In this document: piece after piece, positions 47,483 through 61,118 of the stretch
Layout of the letters: each line of letters begins with the position of its first letter
Position numbering within the stretch: position 1 is the stretch's first letter
Source of the DNA: Amoebophrya sp. A120
Lineage: Eukaryota; Protista; Dinoflagellata
Reading direction: 5' to 3'
DNA: 64,000 nt
Assembly (NCBI GenBank): GCA_905178155.1
Contig: CAJINV010000009.1
Coordinates: forward strand, 3,218,768 to 3,282,767
Program-made: the position numbers and the translations under genes
Notes under the pieces: generated by a model
The model's database searches: none
The model's input: the letters and a program-made list of their open reading frames with translations, nothing else
Told to the model about the DNA's origin: nothing

Positions 47483-49630
47483 ATGCGATTCTCGCAAAGA
47501 AGTCCCGTAGCTCTGTCTACCTTAAGACGGAACGTTCTAAAGAGATGCTTGTTTCCTCGCTTAAGAAGCATGATCATGCTCTGCTTGAGCTGCTTTGCTG
47601 CAGGAGCGCTTGGTCAACGCGGGGAAACAAGGAACAATGTGCAGCAGGATCCGCGCGTTCCGCCGGCGCAGCCCCACTTTCTAGGTGATTTGAGTGCGGC
47701 AGAGCCGGGTCTTATTTTGGCAGGAAGTCGGACACAGTCTCTCAACGAAAGTGACGGCATCTTGAGCTTTTTGAATGCAGCCGATGCCGCTTTGTTTCTT
47801 CAGAGCAGTAGGTCGCATTCCCAGAAAGATCCTTCTGGCGCCGGTGCGAAACTGGCAACTGCGGTGCGCGAGCAGCACGACAAGGATACTTCGCTCGCAA
47901 GACGCACCGAAAACTGTGAGGAGCTATTTCTCGAAGTTCTGCGCGAAAAGGTTGGTGAGAAAAGGCCGGCAGACTACTGGAATGCGGAACTAGATGGCGG
48001 ATACGATTACGTAAAATATTTCCAGACCCAAGTGCAAAGAAAGCCAACACAGACTGGGAACCAGCAGCAGCTGCCGCCATCCGAAATGAAATGGACCGTA
48101 CTTCATAGCTTTTGATTTTACGTTGCAGTAGATAAATATGAATCTATGGCTTCACATGCGCGAGTGCCCGTTCTGCTCCCAGACATCTTGATAAAGTGCC
48201 GTAGAAACAATGACTTTCCGAATGCCTCTGTTTGTGTAACTGTAATTTTTGCGCTCTGTTCATCAAAGTTTCTCTCCGTCGTTGTTGTCTACAGGTACTC
48301 TTTCTCATGGCAATGGCAGCAAAAACATGTGACCCTCCGTCAGCACTTGCGGAGACGATATTGCCGAATCATCATCCTTGGGGTTACGCTGATACATACA
48401 GCGCAGAAAAATTGCGTCGCGGGTGCCAGAAGAGCGATCAGGCATTCTTTCGAGAGGTTCTGAACTTCTTTCACGAGGATGCACCTGCTAAGGGTGCATG
48501 CAAATATCGGAAAAGTAGCTCATCGTGCAAACAAGTCACGGGCGGACGACTGGTTGTGTGGAACCCACCCGGCACTGTTTTGACAAAGGGACGCGTATTG
48601 GGATGGGGTCGAACGCTACCAATAAGAATCGCGAGGAGCAGACATTATGAAAAATTTGACAGCAGATGCCGTCTAGCGATGGCAGCGGAGTTGTTGTTTC
48701 AGAAGCATAGCAAAATTTATGGGAGTCGTGGGCCATATCACGCTAAGCATGGTAACTAAAACTATATGCTTGTTGACTTAATGTTGATCAATTTTTGTTG
48801 AGTATGAGTATGTAAAAGGTTGCCGTCCTCGACTAAGTGGCTCTTTGATGATTTTGAAATAAAGCGCTCATTTGGGTTCGTACTTCACCTTGCATTTCAT
48901 CAGGTTACTGCCTCAACCACGAGTACATTCTCGATGCGGCGCATCCGAACGATATCGAGTCGTACTATCACTTTGAAGACCCGATTGACAGAAATTGGCA
49001 TCCGCTATTTCGTCGAATCTATCCAAATGTAAAGGCAATACCTCCTCGGCTAATAAGTGTAAGAAGCATCTCTTGCATGGTGTTTGTGTGTCTGCGTGAT
49101 CTTTCGCGACACAAATATAGAAAAGTAATTGTGGTACAGACCTCTGGCCGCACTGGGAAAGGGTACTCCGTCCGGTCCTTCTAATTGATTTGCCATGCGA
49201 AATGACAAGAAGATAGAAGAGTAGAGCGTCGTCCATGTAGTTTGGCAAGCATGCGTCAAGCAATCAATAGTATTACGTTCTGGCTAGAGCGATGGCCTGC
49301 AGCGCGAGAAAACACAGCTGGAAATGCATCACGAAGCTAGTCTTGTTACTGCGTGAAGTATTGTGTTTTCATTTGGATACACCGTTTCGGAAATTTGCCG
49401 ACAAATGGCGCCGACAATCTGACGGAACTTCGCCGCTCTGGTCGTACAACCAATTTCAATATGAGTGGAGGCGCGCACATGGAGAGCGCCCCGGCAGTCC
49501 CGGATTTCCTGAAATGCCGTCTCCGGCTTGGTTAGCGAAAAAATTTCTGATCGCGTACGCAGCACCTGCGACCCAGAGGCGCAAGAGCTTCACCTCGTGG
49601 AGTTCAGCGAAAGTTGGGTCATGGAATTAA
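47483..49630 (+). CDS. Kinase-less protein with an N-terminal hydrophobic (signal-like) segment, an F-box-like motif and one copy of the unrecognised domain
   Basis: MIMLCLSCFAAGALG, then CEELFLEVL..RPADYWNAELDGGYDY..WT|VLFLMAM..DQAFFREVLNFFHE..RCRLAMAAELLFQ..|GYCLN..FRRI|FRKFADKWRRQSDGTSPLWSY. Introns at 48098-48294, 48752-48903 and ~49020-49384. Confidence 0.7.
49020..49379. mobile_element. Introner-like intron with decayed TSD
   Basis: TATCCAAATG ... CATTTGGATA. The 5-nt register gives FRRI|FRKFADKWR, colinear with FRKMFRKIAQKWR of the intron-less paralog. Confidence 0.7.
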
Positions 49631-49708
49631 CATGATTATTGGCGCGCGTGGCTTGTGCAGCGCGCCTATGTGGACCCCTTTTGCAAGAAGCGCTTACTTT
49701 TAGTACTT

Positions 49709-52700
49709 GACTTTTAGTACTTGATGACTGTGCTTTTTGTTCTTGAGGTTATTCTGCATGACGAAGTAGGAATCGCGAGTTTGGTTTTGTGCAACACAGA
49801 CTGGTGGATTTATTTTTCCGAAGAAAGTACAAAGCCGAGGACGCTTGTTCCGAGGAGAAAAAATTTCAACCACTACATTTTCCTCCGCATAATTACAAAT
49901 TGAAATTCCAGGTGAGTTGTCGGAGGGCGCTTACAAGATCACGTTGGAAGGAATTCCGAACGACATGACCTGGACCGATATGCAAGAACTCTTCCGGCTC
50001 TTGATCGCAGAATGAGAGTTTGTGATGCAGAACCACATTGACGCTACTGGTACTGGCTGCTATCTCTACTATCTATGTATCTATGTGGTTTTATGCAACA
50101 CAAATTCACAAATTCTGCGCACGAGAAACGAAAAGTTTTCAATTCCATACTCTAGTTGAAGGAAATGGGAAGGCAGCATGTGGGCGGTGACAGATACATG
50201 GATGTGACGTTTGCCCGCACCTTTCGCAACCGTCAGGGCACGGCCTGCGGGATTTTGGAGTTCAAGAGCAGGTATAGAGATGAATTCGACTTGATGTAAT
50301 TTCGGAGTTTGAAGACGAGTTTGTGCTGCGGACTTTTTATGCACTCGTGCATTGATTTCTCATGCAAATATCGCAATAATTCACTTCGTACTTCCTTCTT
50401 TTCAGGTCTATGGCGCAGGATTTGGTGGACAAGTTGGATGACCGAAAGATTAAGGGCTGGGATGCTATCCGAAATTTTGCGGGGACCACTTCGAGTCAAG
50501 GTGTCATGGGGGTAGTTTGTATTGATTGCAAAATTTTGCAAGATAATCGCGATGAAAGGTTTCTATTAACTTTGCATCGCAAGGGGATGTAAGAAGTATG
50601 CAGATTAGCAGGATCAGGATCAGCCGGAAGATTGTTCTGCAGACCGCTATTTGGGCGAGGTTCTTGCTGCATTATAATAATTGCGATTCTGCAATACAAA
50701 AAAACCATTTTCTTTGACCACTCGAAGTTCCTTTACACCTCGATAGCACAGCGTCTGCGGGTCAAGATGGGAGACCACTCTTGGGACTGAAGGGTGTTAG
50801 CGAAAGGCGGAAGCAAAACACCTAGAAATTGAATAAAGCGAACAACCAAACGGAAGTTACTACTCACGCGGTAGACACACGACAAGAAGTGGATGCTAGC
50901 ACCGTGCTTGTATCTGGTTCGAGCAAAAAATATGCGACGTATTTTTTACCTGTTTCACACCACCGGAAATGCATTTTTCGACGGATTTGCAATTTGAGTT
51001 TATCACCACGTCAAAGCGGAGTTTTTTTAGTATTTTGAACCTAATAAAAGTTGTAGTTAGGACGAGGTCATCAGTTGTCCAACTAAAGCATTGTCTGTTG
51101 CACTTGCATCGAAAGCGAAACGGAAATCTGTACTTTTTCACACGACCAGCAGAAGGATCGGATAGTAGTTTATCCAAAAACAGAAACCGAAACAGTTACT
51201 ATCTTCACGAAGAAGAAGTAGTCTTCGTTTTCATCGTCTCACCTTTTAACGACGACCTTTCTAGTTGCGACACTGCCGGAAAAATTATTCCCAGAAAGTT
51301 TTTTCTATTCGACACAATGTACGACTCTTACTCACTGTATCTTCGTAATTTATCGATTTCTTGATGTTGGTGCGCCAGATATTTATAAATATATGCTGCT
51401 CGACTTGTTTTGGCTGTTCTGCAACGCTGCAAGGCATCTGGCGGCACCGGATGTTAGCTATGGTAGGATCTTCCTCTTGGGAGGTGCCGCGGGAAGAGAT
51501 AGAGATTTCGGAAAAGCAACTGTGATGCCAGGAGAGCCAGAACAACGAGGAGCACGACCAAGACACTATGAGCATCGCAGCTGTTTGACGAGTTAAAGTT
51601 GCATCTCCAAGAGCGACTACCTAGCTTTTGACAAAAGTGAGAAAGTTGCGTTGCACGACTTCTAGCTGAGGCTCGTGCAGTTAGTTTGGAGAAAAATACG
51701 CAACAGGCGGAGACGATGGGAAACACGATTCGGAGGCTTCTGGTGTATGCCAAAACTCCCTAGAGGTCTTGTTTACTACCCTCCCAGGTGGTCTCAGATA
51801 GAGAAATGATCATCATTCATTGTGCTCATAAATGATTTTTCTGTTCTCCAACGATCATATCGTTCCTGCACTCGCTGACCAAGCCTTGAAATCGATTCTG
51901 TAGCATGCAGGGCAATGGACCTTATTTCTGTGGCTTGCATTTGCTATACTGACAAGTGTATACTGAATTAGAATTGCAACTGGCTGCGAACCTGGCAGTG
52001 CGATTCCATCAGAGCCAAGGTCTTGAGTACTTATTTTTAAGATGGTGCACCAGTACTGGCTGGCAGCTCATCCTGTCGAAGAAAGACCACTTGAGACAAT
52101 AGAGAAATGGCACTACCGCGAGGTTTTTAACACAGGAGATGCAAATCGAAATAAATTCATCGTGTTTCAACATCGACTACATTAGGAACGAACGACTTCG
52201 GCTCCGTGCCGCAAACGAAAATTGAAATCGCTTTCATATAAAAATCTAATCGTGATAAAGTCGTTTTGTCAGATCGCCGCTCGTCGTGGCATCGTCTCAC
52301 TGCTGTTGGTGATGCGCTTTATTTCCTCGTTTGATAAAAATTCGTTTTTCATCGCTTCAGGCACGGGCAGTTGTAGTCGCGGTAATATGGCGACCATTTT
52401 TTCAGTACATAGATATACCCCTAGATGATTCTATGGAACTGCCTTTGAACGGCAACGTTTCTGGTATAGTGTATGATGACTGGTGGCACTTGGAAGTTTT
52501 TCTGTCAACATATGTAGTGCTCCTGAGAATTGTCAATCACAAAGGCAGCACGTTACTATCATATCCCAGTTTCATGAGTCGCAAAAGAATATTTTTGTAG
52601 ATAACTAAGTAACAGCACTTTCGACCGGTTTCAGTTTCACACGACTAGAACTTTATACACAATTCTGCGACTAGTTTTAATCTTTAGACAGGAGTTTTGC

Positions 52701-55700
52701 ACAGTGGAACGCACACGGATGGACATTTTTCTGCCAAACCCGAGAGAAGATTTTCGCACGGGCAAGTTTATCGACGTTTCTGAAAGCCTCAGAAGCTCGT
52801 AATCCCTGGTGGAGGTCCGAAGGACACAAATAAAAGTGGGAGAGTGCATCAGGGACGAGCAGCTTTCTGAATGAGGTCCAGATTGTGCCGCATGCATTAT
52901 TGGCCCTTGTTCCCCGGAATAAAGAGTTTCTTGGTACTACATTGTTTCGAGTAAAACAAGTTGTAAATAAATATCGGCGCGACAACTACTATATCGACAG
53001 GCGGAGCAGTATCACCTGTTTATTACCTCGAACCAGTGACTGTGACTGCTCCTCCTGTGGTGCGACGACCTCTAGATAATTTACCCTATGGGCGGCGACC
53101 GGCACAGCAACCATTTTGAGCACAAAGACAATCCCCCACGACCCGTGATTCCATCTGGCCGACGTAATTTTCACCCTCACGACCATCCAGATCAGGGTAG
53201 GGCTACTAATGCCGCCGGCCGCGACTTAGCAGAGCCAGGCAATAATATTAGACGCTTCGAAAAGAACAATGCGCGCTTCGTCCAAGAAGAGCACGATGTC
53301 CCAAGCTACCCCGTACCCGTCGCCCCAGTTCCCACCCAAGCAACGTCGGCGTTGCATACTGCGACCACGTTCGACTTCGAGGCTAAAGTTTTTCATGCAC
53401 AGACCGGAAATAGAAATGCACATGCAGGAGCCGGCGTGGGACAACAAGGACAAGGAGAAGGTGTTCGAGATGAACAGGCTGCCTACGTCGAGTGGCAAGG
53501 TGCACGGGAGGAGCAGGACGATCTGCCACAAGAACGGGGAAATGTTCTTGTGCCACGCGACCCTCGCGGTCGTGAACGAAACGCGACCTTCTCCTACGAC
53601 GGCGTAGAAGTGAACACCACCTTGTCCGCCGGCAATCATGGAAGCTCCTACTATCAGGAGCAAAACGACGCCAGGAGGCCGGCGGCGACGAGTACGATTG
53701 AGGACGATGTGATAAGCAGGAACGCGGCTGCCGCTGCGCGGCCCGGCCGCGGCCATGTTGATATCCGGCCGTCGACACGAGACGACTTTTCGTCGACGGG
53801 CTACAATCCGAACAGAGAAACCGAGAGCTGTTATTCCTCGGCTCCGAGGGTGAGAAATGACCTTGCAGGCCTTACTGACGCCTATCGCGAAAAAAAACGC
53901 AACTCCAGCACAGTCAGTGTCAGAGGGCGGCTGGAAAACAGAGAAACCAGTTTCGATAGCAATGCCGACTGCGAAAATGGCACAGCGGGAGCGCCGGCAC
54001 CGCAAGAACGATATCAGCGAAATGCTGTCGAGAACGACCAGCGTCAAGGACTCCAAGATTTTGTCTACCAGGCGGACCTGCCAAAGGTGGCTGTTGTGGA
54101 TACATCAAACGGTGACCGCAAGCAGGGAGTGGGTTTCACGATTGAGGACCCTGAATACAACCGAGAACAGCGAGGTGCGAAGCCAATGCTCCACCAGAAT
54201 CAGCAAGAAGCCCAAGGAGAGCCCGTTGCCCAAGACGGACACCAGAAAGAAGCGTATGGTCAGCATGGTCTTCAAACAAAGAGAAAAAATCCCCGCGACA
54301 CTACTAGCTCTGGATTGAGGTGCAGCGACAAGGCCGAAACCCTCCACGCCCCCGTCGTTCCGGACTCCACACCGATTGCACCCCGGCGCGCAGAAAAGAT
54401 TGACACTTCTCCCTCGCCTAATGGCAAGCTCCACATGGGCAACGACCCCCGGGATCATGATTGTGGACCCAACGACAATCTCCCTGATGTGTGTCCTGGA
54501 ATAAATAAAGTGGCGAATCTTTCATCTCCGGAGCCTCTCCTTTCCACCTCCGTGGCCAGCATCCCCGTCTACGGGCGCCACAACGCCCCTTTTCTCAACT
54601 CCCCAAGCGACCTGCCCGAGTATTTCAACGACGAGGACTGCCGGACTTCGTACCAAGAAAACGATTCGCTACTCTCCACGTTTGCCTTCATTCAGCGCAA
54701 AAACATCAACGTGACCGCCACCGCCCGCGTTGGCCCAGGCATGGTCATCTGCATGGGCGAAGAGGTGGTTGACAACCATCACGTGGACTTCAACAAGCCG
54801 ACTTTATTGCTCGAAGTTGTGCAGCGGATCGGCAAGGGCGGATCCGCGGAAGTGTTTGAGTGCGTGGATTTGCGAACTTGTGTGGTAGACGGAGGCTCAA
54901 GTACTACGGCGTCGGGAAGTGGTCGTGGCAACAATTATAGCTGCAATCGTGACGCGTCGCGAAGTGGTGGCATTGGAAGCAGCGGCAACGGTCGCGACAG
55001 GGAGATGAACGCTTCTCAGTTATACGCCACCCGATACGCGTTGAAAGTCGTGTACGCACGGGACGCGCGGCAAATGCGTTCGTTTGCCATGGAGGTAAAC
55101 TGGCTGCGGGCTTTACGGGATAAAAATCGCAATGGCAATGCTGGCCACAACGCAGACGAGCTGCGGGTAGTGAAGATGATCGGGGAAGCGAAATTTTTTC
55201 CGAAAGACCTGGTGATCCACATTTTGCTGGAATTCGCGGACTGTGGTATGAGAGGGAATTGTAATTGTTTGTGTTGGTAGTTTGTTTGAATCATATGTAT
55301 TTTTGTGATGCGGAATGAAACGCAGTGGGGGAAGCTTACTCCTAATTTTTCATGCGAGTGAACCCGCAGGCGGAACTGGATGTAATTTTCAATTATCAAT
55401 TTTTGTACCGCGTCTGCACTACAACTAGAACTGGTTCAGCAACTGAAGCACTTTCTTTCCCCTCCCATACCCAATCTTCATTCCTTCCTCCGGAAAAACT
55501 ACGAAATTTTCTCCATTTACGACATCCGCAACCTCTGGCGCGACATGGTCGCGGGCGTCGCGGCGATTCACAGCCTCGGGTTGATCCACTTTGATCTCAA
55601 ACCCGCGAATTTCCTCATCGTGGACAACATCGTGAAGGTCTCTGATTTCGGCCTCGCGAGAGGCATCAATAAAGATGAAGGAATCACCCACGTCTCCCGG

Positions 55701-58700
55701 GATCGCCAGTGCGGCACGCCGCGCTACATGCCGCCCGAGGCGTTCTACCAGCCGGATGAGGGATCGGCGAGTTTGAAGATGCGACCGGCTGCCGATGTTT
55801 GGGCGTTGGGGATCATCCTCTACCAGTTATTGTACGGTCGAGCGCCGTACGAGCATTTAGAGGGGTGCGGGATGCGGGCGCAGTTCGCCGTGGCGGATTC
55901 CCGGGTCCGGATTCTGTACTCGAAATCCCGGCGGTGGGAGCAGCAAGACGCGCAGTTGTTCGGCCATCTGGTGTCTTTACTGCAGGTCACACTGCGGTGG
56001 CGTTGGGAAAGACGGTGGGACGCGCAGACGGTGTTGAAGTATTTGGAAATGGGAAATGAGCAGAATGATGCGAGTTTGCAGCCCTGCCAAGGGACCACCA
56101 AGACCCGGAAGAATCAAAAGCTGCTGAAAATGCCGAAAAATCTGGTCAATGAAGAGGACATGAAGGGAAAAACGACGAAATGGGAAGGCCATCGGCTGTC
56201 GGACATTCACGAAGAAGAATTTATCGAGCAGACGTCGTTACCGCTGCTAGCGAAACAAGAAATGAACTATTCCTACAACTCGACATTCGGTGCTACGGAC
56301 GCGGAGAAAGCAGAGCTATTGGCACGACGACAGGACGGACTTGAACACATCCAGGATGGTCGCGGCGGCGCTACGGCGGGACAAATCGAGAAGGGAATGC
56401 TTGAGACGGGTAGTGAAGAAAAGAAAATGAGAAACGTCAACGTCCGAGAGGTTGGACTTGGAAATGAAGCAGCAGAAGAACACGAGCCAGAGTTGGCATC
56501 ATCCTCAGAGGAAGAGCAAGAGAAGATGGATGAAAAGGCTGAGAAAGCTGCGGCATTGATGTCGCAACAGCAGCAGGTCGCGCAAGGAGCCGCTGCCGAA
56601 GGTTTTGCTTCGGAAAACAACAAAACAGCATCGCTAACTTCTGCAACACAAACTTTCGACAACGAGGACGAGCAGCGAAACACGACACCAAGTGTTGCAC
56701 GTGACGAAAATGAGGACCCGTTTCAAGAAGACAAATTTCATTCCATGACAGCAGATCCCTCCTCATCATCGACATCTTCCGCATCATCTCCTTGCGCCGC
56801 TTTCCTGGCCTCATCGCTCTCAACCATCATCATCACCATCATCGCTGTTTGTCTCCTCGCGGGCGCTACTGGCTTGGCAGTTCATATGGGCAACGTGAGC
56901 GAGGGGAGCAAACAGAAAGCAGAGCTGGGATCTTCAGGAGACGGTGATGCTTATCCGTTTGGCGGCTTCGGCGGCGGGCACAAGCCGAACATTTTAGTCC
57001 CGACGAGAATCTTCAACGGGGATGGAGGCGGTGGTGGTGGTGGCGGCGGTTCACCTAAAGGGACCTCCAGCGGTCGTCCACCAACAGGTCGAGGAAATGA
57101 TGGTCAGGGCGGGAACGCTGGAACAACAGCTCCTTTGCAGCAACCAGATCCTCCTGCGAGTTCTTCATCGGGCTTGTTGAGCCTCTTCCCCCCGGGACCT
57201 GTTTCCCGACCAGAGTTTCTAGCACCGGCGAAACCAAAACCAAAACCTGCAGCACCGACGGGTGGTGCGGCAGCGCCAAAACCGGCACCGGTCGCTTCCG
57301 CTTCTGCTACACCGGTTGCAGCTTCTGCTGCACAGGTTGCAGCTGCTGCTTCCGCCAGCCCACCAACAGTGCTTCCCGCTGCGACGGTGCCGGCTCAACC
57401 GGCAGTTGCTGTTCAACCGAATGCGGCAATTCCATCAACTGCAACTTTTGACCCGGAGGCGCAAGAAGGTCAAGCAGAAGCTCATGCAGATTCAGTATCG
57501 GCCGCCCCGTCTCCGTCATCATCTCCTCTGGATGAAAGTGATCGTGCAGATGAAGTCGCAAGTGCTCCAGCAGCACAAGAAACGACGATCAGTGAAGATG
57601 AAAACCAGTCGGCGCAGGAACAGGCACACCAAGAAAGCCAAGAAGGAATACAGACTGGAACTAATGATCGTCAGGCGCAAGAAGTAGAAGAAGCACAAGC
57701 AGCCCAACAGGAGGAACAGCAAGGCGAAGGACCGCGAAGTGGAACGCAAGCAGACGGTGGTAATAGTACTGACCACTCGTCTTCCTCCACTGGAGATATC
57801 GGTTTGGGAACAAGTGCTGCAGCTTCAGCGGGGAATACCGGCAACAGCGATCCTGATCATGCAACGTCGAATCCGAGTCACGACAGCGGTGTGGGACGTC
57901 AGCAACCAGCTGCTTCAGGCACAGGAGACGTCGAGCGAGAACGGACGCCGGAACCAAACGGCGACGGTATTGAAACTCGTGGATCTTCCACTTCCGGTGT
58001 CGCCTCAGATCTAAATTCACCAGGAAGAAGTTCTGGGACAGAACCGACTGGCGAAAACCAGCAACCGCAGCATTTTACAACAAGTACGGGAACGGCAGAC
58101 ACCGATCGGACAAATAAGACGACATTTGCGCAGGGCCACAGCACTCCAACTTCCGGAAGTACTGCTTCCGGTGGAGGCAGCGCCTCTTCAACTTTCTTTT
58201 CCACCGAAGCCGACGGCACAAATCATGATTTACGGCGTGCGGACGCACTGTCCGCAGGCGAAACTCTGCCTATGGGTGCTGCCGCTGGAAGCGGATCATT
58301 AGATACTGGCGAATCTCATGCTCCCCCGGTGGCTGTGGGAGATGCAGCCAGCGGCTGTCCCCCGGGAGGGCGAGAAGATGCAGAGGCTTTGCGGACGTCT
58401 GCTGATCCAAGTTGCCCGCTCCGCCCGAGCTCGCGCTCGCCGCCCGGAAGTGTCCGTCGTGGGGGTAGTTCGGACGCTGGATCGAGCGGTCGGTCCGCTC
58501 GCGGAAGGGGACGGAGGGGGCGATCTAGCTCGGTTGGTTCTACTAGTTCGAAATCATCTGACAGCGATTCAGACTCAGAATCCGATTCCGACAGCACGGA
58601 AAGGCGACCAACAGGCCCAGGAGGTGGCTCGCCGCCGCCGACTCCGAGGCCCGGCGGGAGTTCGTCCAGCACTGCAGTATGGCGGCCGAGAGGCAAAGCA

Positions 58701-60199
58701 GCTGCAGCAGAGCCACTTGTCCCGGAGGTGGCCCCAGAACCAGTTTCGGAGGCAGACCTCGCAGCGCTGAAAACCAGGCAGGAGGAGGGGCAAAGCTGCG
58801 AAAGCCTGTTTTTGAAGGTTTTGGCTGAATTTTTGGCTGAACTACAGATGGGCGACAAGAAGCCAAAGGATTTCTGGAACCCAGAAATAGATGACGGCAG
58901 GGACTACCTGCAAGAAGCAAGAGATCAATTCGCAGCAGCCGGCGGACACCTAGGGCAGACAACTGCACTTGATCCGGACATTTGGACGGTACTTATTCTT
59001 GGTCTCTTATTCTTTTATTCGCAAATTTGTAATTTTTGTTCATTTTGTTTTGTCACCGGTTTACAAAAAAAAGGACAATGCAGTGAAAGTCGACAAAGCA
59101 AGCAAGACGGCTCGTATTGATCCCCAGCTATGTTTCTTTGTAGTCGATGCTCCATCAACTTCGGAGCGGGCATTTTTTGGTGTCATAGTACTTGGAGATC
59201 ATGTTTATTTCGCTTTGCTTCCTAGACACACTTCCTTTCCTTTGCACTTCCAGGTTGCAACGATTATGACCATGATGCCACACTGTTATGGAAATTTTCG
59301 TGCCTTCGATTTGCGAGCCATGAATAGTTGGCCATGGTTGGAGATTGATGTTTACGAAACAAACCGGTTGCAGACGACCCAGTGCCTGCCTGCAGAAGAC
59401 GAGCCCTTTTTCAAACACGTGTTAAACTTTTTTCACGAACGAATTCCAAGCACCACGAACTCTGCGTCCACATCTCTCGTAGTCTGGGAACACCCTTTGA
59501 TTTTGGTTCCGGAGCGTCTTGAACCGGACGGGCGAAGCGGGTGGACTCCCATTTCTGCCAACGTCTCCGAGTCTGGTCGTGTGATTCATGAGGAGCGATG
59601 CCGCATCGGAATGGCTACGGAATATCTTTTCCAAGCTCAAAATTGCGTTCACGAATTTGGACCCACGAATTTTGACGACCTACCATATGGTACTTGTGAT
59701 CATCTCGCATTTCACTCAAACATGGTTCTGTTTCACATTCATTGATGATATGGCGTATATCTAGCGAGGAAAAGTTACGTGGCATTTAACATCCTCAGGT
59801 TATTGCCTTGATACGGGTCCTCGAGAGAAACTGAATCTAGATGAGAAGCCTGAACACTGGCCAGAGAAGGCGATTGCCGAAGAGCAGACGCGGCACAGCA
59901 AAGGCAGCACTGAACCATTGGTGCACCCGAAGTGGCACGAAACGTTTCGCGCAGAGTTTTATCGGCGGGCATCCTTTTGGAGACGTGGATCGACAGGATC
60001 AGGGGCAAAGTGGAGCTACATACATTTTCGGTGGAATTGGATCAAGGCTCGATTAAAGTCTCACCGGGATCAAAATAACAACAGAATAGATTGGAAATTT
60101 GCTACCGATTCGTTTGTCTACAAGACGGACTCCTTCTGTCCAACAGATGAATCAGTGCGGGCGGAGTTTGCATCCCTTCAACAAAAGATTCCCTTCGCC
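49709..60199 (+). repeat. Segmental duplication, copy 2
   Basis: Begins ACTTTTAGTACTTGATGACTGTGC as at 32547. Similarity ends at QQKIPFA. Confidence 0.9.
49912..50790 (+). pseudogene. Duplicated 3' fragment (RRM2 exons only) of the SR splicing factor gene
   Basis: Near-identical to 32749-33628 but lacks the promoter, RS tract and RRM1 exons. Confidence 0.7.
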
Positions 60200-60202
60200 T
60201 AG
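53088..60202 (+). CDS. Mps1/TTK-like protein kinase with TM helix, stalk and one copy of the unrecognised domain (copy B)
   Basis: Paralog of 35892-43016 with intact kinase motifs and TM at ~56826-56882. Introns at ~55247-55474, 58989-59253 and 59690-59798. Stop TAG at 60200-60202. Confidence 0.8.
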
Positions 60203-61118
60203 GGGTTTATACACTGTGCGCAGACCATCGCAATCGATGAGCAGACCACTGATTCGAGATAAGAACTTGAAGATAGGTCTCGTGGCGCAGCCCACAACTT
60301 AGTCGCCCGTTTTGCCATCGAGTTCCTTTTTTGATTGCATGGCGATTCGGAGCTAAAAATGATGCAGCGATGTGCATTTTCGATACGCGGATCTACATCT
60401 AGTTCTAGAAAGAACCAGCAAGAAGAAAGATTTAGTTTCATTTTCGACTTGAGATGGATCCATTAATTTGTACCAGAGCATCGAGTCAGCTGTCCGGTTA
60501 AGTACCGTAACCAAGGAAAGAGCGCTGGTTTTTTGCGGTTGATCATTTTCTGCTGTGTTAGCGAGAATATTGATTTGAAGATGATGAAATTGGGTTTCTG
60601 GCTGGATTGGCTTCTCTGCTCCCCCACCGGCTACTATTCTGGGTTCGACTATCTATTCATTAAAGCCAGTATCTTCTAGTCATTATCATTTTGATGTATT
60701 TGTTGTTTTGCTCCTTTGCTTATGTTTATGACGGCCAGCTACAACGCAAACACTTTACTTCAATTTTTACAGGCAGGCATGGGCTAACCGTTGGTGTAAT
60801 TTTTTTGTTCACTTGGTTACTGTTGTAAGCTTTTTGATATGTAGTTTTGGAATTTGAAATGTGTCAACTATTTCATTGCCCCGTAGCAAATCCCCTCATT
60901 TGTAGAATTTGTAGGATACGGATATTTTGATTTTCATTCTCTTCCTGTCATATGACTGCGGATTGACGGCATTGTGAAATCCAAATCATGTTGTGCATCA
61001 CGAAAGCAAAATTGTATTTCGGTATTAAATTTTTTATTGGAAGGACGACGTTTCTTCTTGTGTCATTCATGATCTTTCGTGAGTGTAGAGCCTATTAGTG
61101 GCAGAGAATCAAAGCAGG

